Below are positions 51,200 through 63,423 of a stretch of 64,000 nt of DNA, one piece after another (the stretch's first letter is position 1; every line of letters begins with the position of its first letter). The stretch covers positions 40,426,001 to 40,490,000 of the forward strand of contig NC_086108.1 in NCBI RefSeq assembly GCF_963921235.1, in the 5' to 3' direction. The notes below the pieces were generated by a model. That model saw only the letters and a program-made list of their open reading frames with translations, did not search any database and was not told where the DNA came from. Made by a program: the position numbers and the translations under genes. The DNA is from Mobula hypostoma. Taxonomy: Eukaryota.

Positions 51200-51700
51200 A
51201 AATTGAAATGAAATGAAATGAAAGAAATGAGATGAAATAACTTTATTGTCATTGCATAGTACAATTTGTCATGCACCAATACAGCGAAAATGAGTTTGCA
51301 ACTCTCATACTCAATGCTATAAAACAACAAATAAAATAAATAAACAATAAATAAAATCAGGTAACCAGCCAGTACAACCAGCAACCATAAAACCAGTATT
51401 AAAGTAGCAATATAACAAATTTATGGATGATGCTTGATCGATTGGTTCAGAGCAATTATAGCTCTGGGGGATAAAGCTATTTTTCAGTCTGGAAGTGCGG
51501 GCATAGAAAATCTTACAATGTCTGTCAGATGGAAGAAGATCAGACAGATGATTGCATGGGTGTGTATTGTCCTTACAGATGCTTGTAGCTTTCCTTAGGC
51601 AGCGAGAGCTGTAGGTGTCCTCCAGGGCTGGGAGCTGTGTCCCGATGATCTTCTGCGTGCTAGACACGACCCGCTGAAGTGCTTTCCTATCAGCTGCTGT
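51200..51700 (-). mobile_element. Rex1/Babar-like LINE 3' end with (CATTT)n tail
   Basis: ADRKALQRVVSSTQKIIGTQLPALED...RTSRLKNSFIP in ORF 51317-51754. Confidence 0.8.
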
Positions 51701-54700
51701 TGATATTGTTTGAAATTGATATTGTTTGGTAGCATAATTCCTTATGAAGGGCACTGAAGGAAGTCATATCAAACTTATAACATATATTCTATAATTGCCA
51801 ATATTTTAACCAAGAGGCAGTAAGTCATTCACAGCCAATTCAATGGATCCACTGGAGGCTATGTTATAGGCCCGTTAAAAATGGAGTGTGTTAAAACAAT
51901 GTCAGACAATTCCCTCAGGAAAGATAATGAGGAACAGTGAAAGAAGAAAAAATAATTTACATTGAATTAATAATTGCTCACATAATGAAGTCCTAATTTA
52001 GTTCAAAAGTCAGCCAAAGCTTGAACACATACTTGTAATAGGTCGACAAATCTCTAGATTTGTTGTCACAGTTAGTTTCCTGTTTTGAAGACGGCACACG
52101 ACCTCCATTAAGGTGCCACGCCTCTGAGAGTTGGTTCAGACAAAGCATATGCATACACCACAACCCCACAATAAATTTTTTGTTCTATGACTTTTTCTCA
52201 GACTCAAATTTCCTTGGGTAACTTCTCAATAGACATCACAACTCCAATGAATCTCTTTGCTTACCAATGGTGGAAAGGAAGTTTGAGCAAATGACAATTG
52301 TCTTTAGCACTGTAATAGCAGTTTGATACTTGTTTTGGCACTGTGCTTTCCTATAATCTGGCAATTAAATTAATATTTCCACATTTCCTGTTTTCTTTCT
52401 CTTTAAAGTATGCAAAATTCTATATTTGGTGAAGAGTTATCATGTCAGGATATTGTCACCATGTTTCAAAACTTGAGGTTTGAAATGCTTGTCTAATATG
52501 AGTCAATTAAAATTAATAACCGCTGCTTAAAAAAGGGAAATAATCCTCTGGAGGATGGCATGTATGTATGATGTGAAGATCAATGCACGAGTTTAATTCT
52601 ATTGGAATGTATGAATGTATTTATGCTTTTTAGCAAGTTTTATGAGAACTGTCAGCTCATCACCAAGCTATTGAATTCAATCAAAAAAATCTTTACCCTT
52701 TCCTGTTGATGAAAGTAGATCCTTTGGTTTTACCGCCTATAGACCTATTTGTTCCAATAGTTTTCTCTTGGCCAGTCTCCAACCCTATACCATTTGTAAA
52801 TTAGAGTTAAACCCTCCTACCAGTGATCTAACTTGTACCAGTTCATTCCTGTACGTATTCATCTTTGTTGGCTCTCGGTTGAGCAATGACTTAATATTAA
52901 TATTATTCTCTCTACTACCTCATTCCTCCCTAATTCTTGAATATCCTGGAGTTTATAACCCTACGATATCAAAGTGCTGCACCAATTCAGGTCTGTGTGT
53001 ATGACTAATTTTTAAGTTTTGGTACTGATTGTGGAAGAGCAAAAAGAGGGAGGCATAATCAGAGGAACTGTTGATAACAAGGGCAGATTCCAACTAATTC
53101 CGGTTGTCACACACAAAATGCTGGAGGATCTCAACAAGCCAGGTCAGCATCTATGGAAAAAAAGTACAGTCGGCTGAGACTCTTCAGCAGGACTGGATGA
53201 TTTAAACTTTTTCACGGTAGGCATCCCTGGAAGAGACGTCGCAGTGTAGCAATCCAATCACAAACAAGAGAAAATCTGCCGATGCTGGAAATCCAAGCAT
53301 CTGCATATTTTCTCTTGTTTGTAATTCCAGTTGTATCCATTAAAGATATTGCAAAGTCCCAGGTCTTCTATAGATATATATATAATAAACAATAATCAAC
53401 GATTCAAATCATGAGGACACACCCTTGCCTTTAAAGGCCATTACAGATAAAGAAGGCAGCTGCATGGCTGCATCCACTTGATCTCACTGTTTCTTGAAAC
53501 TGGTCTCAGCATACGGACCTTGACAGAAGTTTTGGCAGATGAAATCCTAACTTCCATTGCTTTTATAAACATAGATACATGTTTATTCAATGCTGGTATA
53601 GACAGCAGATGTATTCTGGGCCAGGACACATTCTGGCAGACTTGGCCAAAAGTGCAGGGATCACCTTGGGACTAATGAAACCAAAGTTAAAGATAGCAGG
53701 AGTCCACATTTACTCCTTGAATCCCTCAGCTGGGAAACACTGGTGAGATAAGGACAAGGGGAACAACAGTTGAATGCTTTGTTATATCCATGTAGAATGT
53801 AACATCCATTGATAGTTTGCAGGCAAATTGTGAATAGACAGAGCATTAGGGGCACAACAGATTTGAGAATTGAAGTGTCTGATAGCATTATAAAATGATG
53901 GGAAGCTGGTTTATTATTGTTACGTATTGAAGTATAGTGCAAAGCTTTGTGTTGCATTCCTTCCATATAGACCATTTCAATACATCAGTAAATTGAGGTA
54001 GTGCAAGGGAAAAATAGTAACAGAATACAAAATACAGTGTAATGCTTAAGAAAAAGTGCAGTGTAGGTAGACAATAGGGTGTAAAACCATGACAAGGTAA
54101 ATTGTGAGGCAAGTCATGAATGTTACAAGAGGAGACCTCTGACTTGAATTTATACATAGAATTGTGGATGGTTGGAGAAAAGCAATCCTTTGCTTAACCT
54201 TACCAAAAGTGGTCATAGTCACATGTCACACATTATCATTACAACCAAAATGCATGGAACGCAACATATTCATTCTTGGAGAAACTATCCCAGCGGATCT
54301 CAAACATGAGAAAATCTGCGGATACTGGAATTCCAAAGCAACACACACAAAATGCTGGAGGAACTCAGCAGACCACACAGCCTCTATGGAAAAGAGAAGG
54401 GTCTTGGCTCAAAACGTCAATAGTTTACTATTTTTCTGCCTGGCCAGCTGAGTTCCTCCAGCATTTTGTCTGTGTTCAAGCACATCTCCCTTGCATTTCT
54501 GTTTGTACTAAAGCTAATGCTGGATAATTGAAGTTTGAATAAAAGCTTACTGCATTTATTACTCTGGTTTTGGTGGCCTTTCATTGACAACAAGTTGCAT
54601 GCTTGCATAGAACAGAGAACAGCACAGGAACAGCCCCTTCAGCACATGACATGCCAAATAATTTAAGGTAATGATGCTTAATTGCTCTAATTTCTTCTGC

Positions 54701-55674
54701 CTGCACATGTTTGATACTGTATACATCTATTTTTTGCATGTTCACATGCCTATTGAAAAGCCTCTTAAACTGTTCCATCATCACTCCTGGCAGAGTATTC
54801 CAGTGATCCATCCCACCTCTCTGTGGGGAAAAAAATTGCCTGGCATATCTCCTTTAAACTTTCACTCTCTCACCTTAACTGCATGCCTTCTATCATTAGG
54901 CACTTGCCCCCGGAAAAAAAATATACCAGATACCTAATCCATCATGCCTCTCATAAATTTATAAACTTTTATTTAGTACCTCCATCCTCTGCCCCAGCCA
55001 AAGAAAACACCATTGGATTATCCCAGCTCTCCTCATAGCATCCACTCTCTAATCCAGGCAGCACCATAGTAAACCTTTTCCAACGCCTTTCCTTTGCTGA
55101 AAATCTTTTGGTTTGGAATCAGCTCCTAACCCTTCTGTTCCTTTACCTCTTATTTTCTCTTTTTTGAAGACATTTATAAAGAACATGACTGAGTTTTGGG
55201 CCACGTATCTAAACCACTTCCTGCACAGTTTGGTCTAAAATGAGATTTTGATACATAAAGACATAAGACAAGTATTAGATTAACTTGTCAGTAGCATGTG
55301 GGCGTCTCTTGCTTCTAGTGCAGAAATGCCAACAGCAGCACCAACTGTAGGCTCTTGAAGAAACAATGAAGATCTTATCAATATGTTTTCTAGCTTTGCT
55401 GAAAGACAGTGAAGCAGTTGAATTATTGATGTTGACATTTCTAAGAGCCACAATTATTTTACTAGTTCATGACCTTTGCTCTGATGCCAACTCTGATAAC
55501 GTGATGCCTCATTCATCAAAGTGCTTCAGTAAACTGAGGGACAAGATAACTTTAAGTAAGTCTTCAATTTGTTAGTTTTTTTAAAGTTGAGATGTTAAGA
55601 GAAAACAACTTAATAATCGGGTATTGGATTATGTGTATCAAGAAAAACATCCAGTGTTCTTAGGTAATTAAAAA

Positions 55675-58600
55675 ATTCAAAGTTCAAAGTAAATTTATTA
55701 TCAAAGTACAGTACTGTGCAAAATTCTCAGGCACATGCCTGTATATATATAACAATAGTATCTAAGTCTTTTGGCAAAGAGGTTCACTCCCAGATGAGCT
55801 TTGATGAATTTTATGCTTCTTTTAGGGAGTACTCTGGTGTTGTCTGAATCTGGCAGATATTAATTCAAGCAAGAATTAGTCTTCAGTACTTAATGCAAAT
55901 CGCAAGCAGTAAATTGAAGTTATAGTACTGTGCAAAAGTCTTAGGCACCCTGGCTATATGTATGTGCTGAAGACTTTTGTACAGTACTATATATATATGC
56001 CAACACATATCACCCTTAGATTCATTGTCTTGCGGGCCTTCACAATAGATACAAAGAAGCACAATAGATTCAATAAAAGACTGCACACAAAGATAGACAA
56101 ACATTGTGCAAATACAAAAATAAATAATAAATAAATAATATCGAGAACCTGAGTTGTAGAGTCCTTGAAAGTAAGTCCATAGGTTGTGAAATCACGTCAG
56201 TGTTGGGGTGTTTGTAGTTATCCACTCTGGTTCAGGAACCTGATGTTTGAAGGGTAATAACTGCTCTTGAAACTGATAGTGTGGGATTTAAGGCTTCTGT
56301 ACCTTTCTCCCGATGGCAGCAGTGAGAATACAATGTCCTTAATGATGGACGCTGCTTTCCTGCGACAGCACTCCTTGTAGTTGTACACAATGTTGGGGAA
56401 GACTTTACCTGTGATGGACTGGACCATATCCACTAGTTGTTCTAGGCTTTTCCGTTCAAGTGTAATGTTGTTTCCATACCAGAGGGTGATGCAACCAGTC
56501 AGGATGCTCTTCAATGTGTATCTATAAAAGTCTGTCAAAGTTTCAGATGACATGCCAAAATTTGCAAACTTCTGAGAAATTAGAGGTGCTGCCATGCTTT
56601 CTTTGAAATGGGACCTATGTGTTGGACCCGGGATAGGCCCTCTGAAATGACAACACCAAAAACTTTAAAGTTACTGACCTTCTCTACCTCTGTTGCACTG
56701 ATGAGAGCAGGCCCCTGGATCTCTGGTTTCCTCCCCCTGTTGCCAATAATCAGCTCTTTGATTTTTCTGTTGTTGAGAAAGAAGGTTGTTATTTTGGGAC
56801 CACTTAGCTAGCCAGGTTTTCAATCTCCCTCCTGTATGCTGATACATCACTACCTTTGATTTGATCACAACAGTGGTGTCATCATAAGACCATAAGACAT
56901 AAGAGCAGAATTAGGCTATTTGGCCCGTTGAGTCTGCTCTGCCATTTCACCATGGCTGATTCAATTTTGCTCAGCCCCAGTCTCCTGCCTTTTCCTTGTA
57001 TCCCTTCATGCCCTAACCAATCAAGAATCTATCAATCTCTGCCTTAAATATACATACAGATTTGATCTCCACAACTGCCTGTGGCAAAGAATTCCACAGA
57101 TTCACCACTATCTGGCTAAATCATCTATGTTCTAAAAGGACACCCCTCTATTCAGAGGCTGAATTCTCTGGTCTTATACTCTCCTCATCCACTCTTCATC
57201 CATTCCATCAAGACCTTTCACCATTAGATAGGTTTCAATGAGGTCACCCCTCATTCTTTTAAATTCCAGTGAGAAGAGGCCCAGAACCATCAAACGCTCC
57301 TCATATGATAAGCCTTTCAATCCTGGAATCATTTCCCTGAACTGCCTTCGAATCCTCTCCAATGTCAGCATATCCTTTCTCCGATAAGGAGCCCAAGACT
57401 GCTAAAAATTCTCTGTGTGAGGTCTCAGCAGTGCCTTATAAAGCTTTAACATTATATCCTTGCTTTTATATTCTAGTCCTCTTGATATGAATGCTAACAT
57501 CAGATTCAACCTGCAAATTGACCTTAACGGAATCCTGCACAAGCACTCCCAAGACCCTTTGCACCTCAGTTTTTTTAATATTTTCTCTCTATTTAGAAAA
57601 TAGTCAACCCTTTATTTCTTCTACCAAAGTGCATGACCATGCACTTCCTAACACTGTGTTCTATCTGCCATTTAATTGCCCATTCTCCTAATCTGTCTGT
57701 CCATCGGTATCCTCTCTACTTCCTCAAAACTACCTGCCCCTCCACATATCTTCATATTGTCTGCAAGCTTTGCAACAAAACCATCCATTCCATCATCCAA
57801 ATCATTAACATATAATGTAAAAAGAATCAGTCTCAACACAGGCCCCTGTGGAAAACCACTAGTCACGGGCAGCCAACCAGAAAAGGGTCTCTGTATTCCC
57901 ACTCTTTGCCCCCTGCCAGTGAGCCACTGCTTTATCCATGCTAGAATCTTTCCTGTAAAGCAATGGGCTCGTGGTTTGTTAAGCAGCTTCAAGTGTGGCA
58001 CCTTGCAAAGACCTTCTGAAAATCCAAATCCACAACATCAGCTGATTCTCTTTCTCTATCTTGTTTGTTATTTCTTCAAAGAATTCCAACAGATTTGTCA
58101 GGCAAGCTTTACCCTGAGAAAACCATGCTCACTATGGTCTATTTTATCATGTATCTGCAAGAACCCCAAAACCACATCCTTAACAATTGACTCCAACTTC
58201 TTCCCAGTCACTGGTGTCAGACTAACTGGACTGTAATTTTCTTTTTCCTGCCTCTCTCTGTCTTGAAGAGTGGAGGGACAGCAAACATAAATATGGCATT
58301 GGATCTCTACTTCCTCACAGTCATGAGTATAAAACAAGTGGAGCAGGGGACTAAGCACACAGCCTTGTGATGCACCTTTGCTGATGGTGATTGAGGAGAA
58401 GATGTTTTTGCTAATTCCAAACTGATTGATATCCATGACTGAGGAATTTGAGGATCCAGTTGCACAAGGAAGTATTGAGGCCTAGGTCTTGGAAGTTATT
58501 GATTAGTTTTGAGAGGATGATAGTGTTGGATGCAGAGTTGTAGTCAATGAAGAGCATCCTGATAAATGTGAATTCACTGTTCAAATGTTCCAGGGCTAAG

Positions 58601-59728
58601 TGAAGAGCCAATGAGATGGCATCTGCCATGGACCTTTTACTCCAGTGGGCAAATCCAAGCATGCCTAAGTCACGTCTCAGGCAGGAGTTGATATGTTTCA
58701 TCATCAGCCTCACAAAGCACTTCATCACAGTGAATGAAAGTGCTACTGGGCAATATTCATTGAAGCAGGCCGTCACGTTATTCTTGGGCATTGGTAACTT
58801 TGAAGCTGCTGAAAGAGGTGAGTACCTCAGATTTCCAAAGAGAGAGATTAAAGATATCAGTAAACGCTCCAGCCAAATGATTAGCATGGATTTTTTCATA
58901 CTTGGTCAGGTACACCATATGGCGAGATGCATTCTGTGGACTCACATTGGCCTCAGAGACTGAAATCACCAGGTCATTGGGGGCTGTATGACTTCCTAAG
59001 GGTGCGTCCCTGTATTGTCAATCAAAGTGAGCATAAAAGGCATTGAGGTCAGCTGGGAGCGAACCCTTGTTGTCACATAGGTCAATTGGTTTTACTTCGT
59101 AGGAGGTGATAGCATTCAAGCCCTGCTGCAGTGTTGAGCATAGTTCCATGATTCAGGTTTGGTTTGGAAATGCCACTTTGCATGTGAGGTGGCTTTCTGG
59201 GGGTCAAATCTGGACCTCTCGTACTTTCCTTATTTGCTAGACTTGAACACCACTTGTCTAGCTCTCAGTAGATTGCTTGCTTCATCCAAGGCTCCTGATT
59301 TTGCGGGGACACACTGAGCCACAAATGTATTTATGAAGCCCATGACAACCATGGCATATTCATACAGATCCTCTGATAAGTCCTTGAACACGTCCCAGTC
59401 TATCAACTCGAAGCAATCCCTTAGCTTCTCTTCTGCCTTCCACATCCACCTCTTTGTTGTCTGTACCTCTGCTGCCCTGCTGTTTAGCTTCCGCCTGTAT
59501 GCAGGTAGGAAGAGAACAGCTAGATGATCAGATTTCCCGACATGCAGTCTAGGGATGGAATGGTAGGCACTGCCGATCGCAGTGTAGCAGTGGGTCAAGT
59601 GTGTTGGGACTCCTGGCGATATGTTGACGATGATTGGGCAGGGATTTCTTCAAGCAAGCCTGATTGCAGTCCCCAGCAAGAATGTGGAACCGACAACACA
59701 ACAGTCCCTCATTTCCCTCCAATGTGGC
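55675..59728 (-). mobile_element. Long decayed Rex1/Babar-like LINE, host to a CR1 insertion and to the LTR element
   Basis: VALSFTVMKCF, IRMLFIDYNSASNTII, GASQGCVLSPLL (RT) and GKSDHLAVLFLPAY (endonuclease) in broken ORFs. Confidence 0.8.
56883..58240 (-). mobile_element. CR1 LINE 3' part nested in the Rex1-like LINE
   Basis: YSPVSLTPVTGKKLESIVKD, VTSGFPQGPVL, VAKLADNMKICG, LSYEERL..LGLFSLE; (ATGGTCTT)-type tail at 56883-56900. Confidence 0.85.
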
Positions 59729-60286
59729 TGTTAGAGTGGATTTCTTTTGGGTAGATGATTTGTTCACACTTAAATGACTTTGGCCGCCAGACTTCTACTT
59801 TAACTGTTTGACAAAGGACTGTGGATTGAGTCCACCACAATGGGCTTCCTAAAAGGTGTGAATACCACATACTTCTGGTAGTTTGATCTGATGCTGTAGT
59901 TTTGAAGGCAGTATTTATATACATTATAAATATTAATTGTCTTCTATGTTAGCACGGGAAATGCCAAATAAATGTAACGTAGACTTAACTTATGTTCCTG
60001 AAGACTGTGGATACCAACCCAGACATGCTGGCTTCAGGAGGAAAGGATGGTGTGATTTTGTATGTAGCTTCCATAGGAAACATTGTCTATGCATTGTCTA
60101 TAACTTTTAAGTAGCAATTGCCTTTCTGTTTAGCATATAAATATCAAGCTCACGTTGAGCCAACAGACCTTTCTGCGGAAAGCGTCTCGGTATGTAGATA
60201 CCTGCTGTACCTTGTTGTGTCGAATAAAGAAGCTACTTTGTATCTACCAGTGACTGTTTCTCTGGTAATTTCATTGCGCTACAACA
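59729..60286 (+). repeat. 5' LTR
   Basis: TG...CA ends; TATAAATA near 60136; AATAAA near 60223. Confidence 0.9.
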
Positions 60287-60288
60287 TT

Positions 60289-60306
60289 TGGTGTCAGGAG
60301 TGGGAT
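60289..60306 (+). promoter_or_regulatory. Primer binding site for tRNA-Leu(CAG)
   Basis: TGGTGTCAGGAGTGGGAT is complementary to the vertebrate tRNA-Leu 3' end ATCCCACTCCTGACACCA and lies 2 nt after the LTR. Confidence 0.88.
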
Positions 60307-60567
60307 ATCTTTGTGAGCTGTTGCGTGGCCAGCGTTCCTAGCAGTCTTAAGTTGATGAGTATTTTTCTAAAATAACACTCACACTTGGATCTGTTCAGTC
60401 GGTGGACACACGGGAACACAAGGTATCATGAATGTGGAGAGCTGAATTGGTAGATATTAAAGTAGTGTGTACGTGTGCATGTGTGTTTATGTAAGTGAGG
60501 AATCTTTGCATGTTAACTTGGTTAACTTGGAGCCACCAGTTGCACCGGTTGGGGACACCAGAGGGGC

Positions 60568-62232
60568 GTGTACACTCGTTCGGGGAGCTGCATTCTAGTG
60601 TATGTGTTTGCAAGTGTGATGCAAAGGAATACAGTAGGCATCATGAGTTCAGGTACTCAAAGGTGGCAGATTGTGGAATACATACTCTGCGGTTTTATAT
60701 TTTGCGTAGTGTGGGAACTAGTGTGGGGTTATCTCAGGCAGAGGTTTTACCCAGAGAGATCTACCAGAGTGGCACCTATTGAGATCAAGCAAAGTCAGGT
60801 TGAGAACCCTGATGATCCGAGCCAGACCTTGACTTTGATTACGACTATTCATAAGCCCTTCACCCCTGGGGAGAAACAGAGCATTTTGTCCAAGTTGCCC
60901 TCACTTGAAGTCACCTGTGGGAATTCAGAAGTCTGGCGCAAACTCAAGGAAATGGTTGAAATTCACCAGATGCACCCTAAAGATATACATGTGTTAGTGA
61001 AAGCGAAGTGCCCGAGGAATATGTGGGACAGAATGGCCCGGGGGGGGGTGCAGGATGGTACATGGACAACTACCGGGAGCACCAGTAATGAAGAAAGATA
61101 TCGCTCTTTTAAAGGGGAAGTGAGGCAGCGCCTGGGGGGAGGCAAGAGTAGCTGGGGAATGATAATGGCAGTGATTCAAAAGGCTGACGAGACAGCCATG
61201 GATTACGCAGAACGTAAATACAGAGTGTACGAGGAGTATTCCGGGTTGGATAACCCAGGGAGGGAGGACCCTGTCTTCCTAAAAATGCTGAAGGAAGGCC
61301 TGAGCTCAGCCCACCAAGAAGTTTTAGATTTAGGCGTAATGGTAGGGTCCAACTACTCTGAGATAGTTTCACGGGCCAGTGAGATAGACCATAGAAAAGG
61401 CAAGAGAAATCGTAAAGTGGGTATATTGGATGCAGCTGCTGTGATGTCCCGGAGAGCTTGTTTTGCTTGCCAGCAGCCAGGGCACTTAGCAAAGGACTGT
61501 TGGACCAGGTATAAAACACTGAAGGAGTTGCTATGTTACAGCTGTGCCCTATCTGGACGTGGCTGGAGGCAGTGTCCAAACGAGAAGGGGAAAACCCAGG
61601 CGAAGGCCACAGCAGACACCCAGTCACTCACCCCATCAGCAACCAGTCTGACTGTCGATCAGATCAAAGAGTTAGTGACAGCGCCTCTTAAGGCAGAAAA
61701 GGATGTGGCAGCGGGCTCCACCGCCAGCTCTGATGACTCACGGATGTACATAACGGTTTTGTTAAGGGGACCCTGGGAAAACATCCAGATAGACTTCACA
61801 GGGCCCCTGCCAAAAAGCAGGGGGAAAAGTTACTGTCTAGTAATCATGGACCACTTCACCCGGTGGGTGGAGGCTTTCCCAACAAGGGACTGCACCGCTG
61901 CATGGATCCTAGTTCAGGAAATCCTCCCAAGGCGGGGAACCCCAGTCCAGGTGGATTCAGATCAGGGAGCACATTTCACAGGGAAAGTGATGAAGGAAAT
62001 GTGCCGACTACTAGGGATTCAACAATGGTTCCACGTACCCTACCACCCCCAGAGTTCAGGGATGGTAGAAAGGATGAACCGAATAATCAAGAATGCGTTA
62101 GCCAAAGCTATAGCTGAGACAGGAAATACATGGGTGGATGTATTACCAGGAATCCTGATGAGATTGCGCGCAACCCCGAACCGCACTTTGGGACTCAGCC
62201 CCTACGAATTATTGATGGGGCGAGCAATGTGA
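60568..62232 (+). CDS. Gag (N-terminal hydrophobic helix, capsid-like region, zinc knuckles) fused in frame to integrase core
   Basis: CFACQQPGHLAKDC knuckle plus degenerate CYSC..GRGWRQC; GPWENIQIDFTGPLP, DSDQGAHF, HPQSSGMVERMN (D,D,E present); likely start ATG at 60619 or 60643. Confidence 0.88.
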   Translation: MYTRSGSCILVYVFASVMQRNTVGIMSSGTQRWQIVEYILCGFIFCVVWELVWGYLRQRFYPERSTRVAPIEIKQSQVENPDDPSQTLTLITTIHKPFTPGEKQSILSKLPSLEVTCGNSEVWRKLKEMVEIHQMHPKDIHVLVKAKCPRNMWDRMARGGVQDGTWTTTGSTSNEERYRSFKGEVRQRLGGGKSSWGMIMAVIQKADETAMDYAERKYRVYEEYSGLDNPGREDPVFLKMLKEGLSSAHQEVLDLGVMVGSNYSEIVSRASEIDHRKGKRNRKVGILDAAAVMSRRACFACQQPGHLAKDCWTRYKTLKELLCYSCALSGRGWRQCPNEKGKTQAKATADTQSLTPSATSLTVDQIKELVTAPLKAEKDVAAGSTASSDDSRMYITVLLRGPWENIQIDFTGPLPKSRGKSYCLVIMDHFTRWVEAFPTRDCTAAWILVQEILPRRGTPVQVDSDQGAHFTGKVMKEMCRLLGIQQWFHVPYHPQSSGMVERMNRIIKNALAKAIAETGNTWVDVLPGILMRLRATPNRTLGLSPYELLMGRAM

Positions 62233-63400
62233 CTGCCTTATGGGGTAATTATGGGTTGCGGGGAGCCTGGGGCTTACAGGGATAGAATGACCCAATATGT
62301 GAAAGACCTTTGTAACCAACTTAAAGTATTAAAGGACCGAGCGAAACAGCAGCAGTGAATCGCTGATCAGAAAGAGCCAGAGGGAAAGGGGATAGCTCTT
62401 CCACAGCCCAGCGACCAAGTTATGGTGAGGGTGCTGCCAGAAAGGCCGGGGTTTTCCCCCAGGTGGATTGGACCACAGACGGTACTCTTTAACCAATGAT
62501 ACCTGTGTCTGTGTACAGACTCGGCGAGGCAGCCAGTGGAAACACTGGACTCAGGTTAAAGCATACAACTCACCCTTTTGTTGCTCCCACAGATGGAGTG
62601 GGGAACCAAGTGTACCCAGTAACCATGTAATTACAGAGAACCTAAGAGAGGAACACCAGCTGGCCATGCCAGACCTGACCACAGCTGATGAAAACATACC
62701 CGGAGAAAACGCAAAGGCAGAAAACACTGAGAGCGTGGCAGAAGACACTGAGAACATGTTGGAAAACAATGAATAGCCTGCTAAAGTGTGATGACGATGG
62801 TACTCTGTAAAGAAGGCTGGTTGCTGAAGGTAGATGATTAATTTTATAGCATAGTATAGAAAATTATTTGGGAAATAGATGGGGAGGGATTTTTGAGTTA
62901 AAGCAGAGATGGCATGTTCCACCACTTCGATGGCATTTCAGACTGCACCCGGCATCTGAAAGCAGTCACCCCAAGTCTGAGGAGCTGGGCCCTTTTCAGC
63001 AGTTGAGCCAGTGATCAACAGAACAATTCGGAAGGGGGTGCCACCAGGGAGAGGTCCTTGCAGACGTTTATGTAGAGGCCACCCCAACCCCTTCCTGTAC
63101 ATCGATGAGAGAGCCTGTGGGTGCTCCTGGAAGGACAGTTTCAGTGACCAGAGGATAAAGGGCTGAAGACAAAGAAATGTAATTAAGCTGCAGTCAGCCT
63201 GCAGGGAAAGAGCAGGCACACGAAAGGAGCCGCATTCCTAAAGACTTGGAACAGCCTCTCTGCTTAACATTTGGTAGGTAATGCTAGGATCGATATCGAG
63301 GTACATAAAATTGGAGGGGAATTTCGAGACAGGGCATTTTTGCTGCCCTATTTGAGCAGATCCTCCTAGGCTGGCCTTTCCTGATACAAATTTAACTTGT

Positions 63401-63423
63401 CCAGGAGGGCCAAGAGGAGAAAC
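63401..63423 (+). promoter_or_regulatory. Polypurine tract
   Basis: ccaggagggccaagaggagaaac directly before the 3' LTR. Confidence 0.65.

Noticed and set aside
23000..59700. miR-181a/b cluster, expected downstream of PTPRC from mammalian synteny
   Set aside because: No AACATTCAACGCTGTCGG or AACATTCATTGCTGTCGG match seen by eye on either strand; it may lie outside the window
60568..63400. Gmr1-type element (PR-IN-RT-RH order)
   Set aside because: No RT motifs (LPQG/YxDD) found between integrase and the 3' LTR; cannot be fully excluded for full-length relatives
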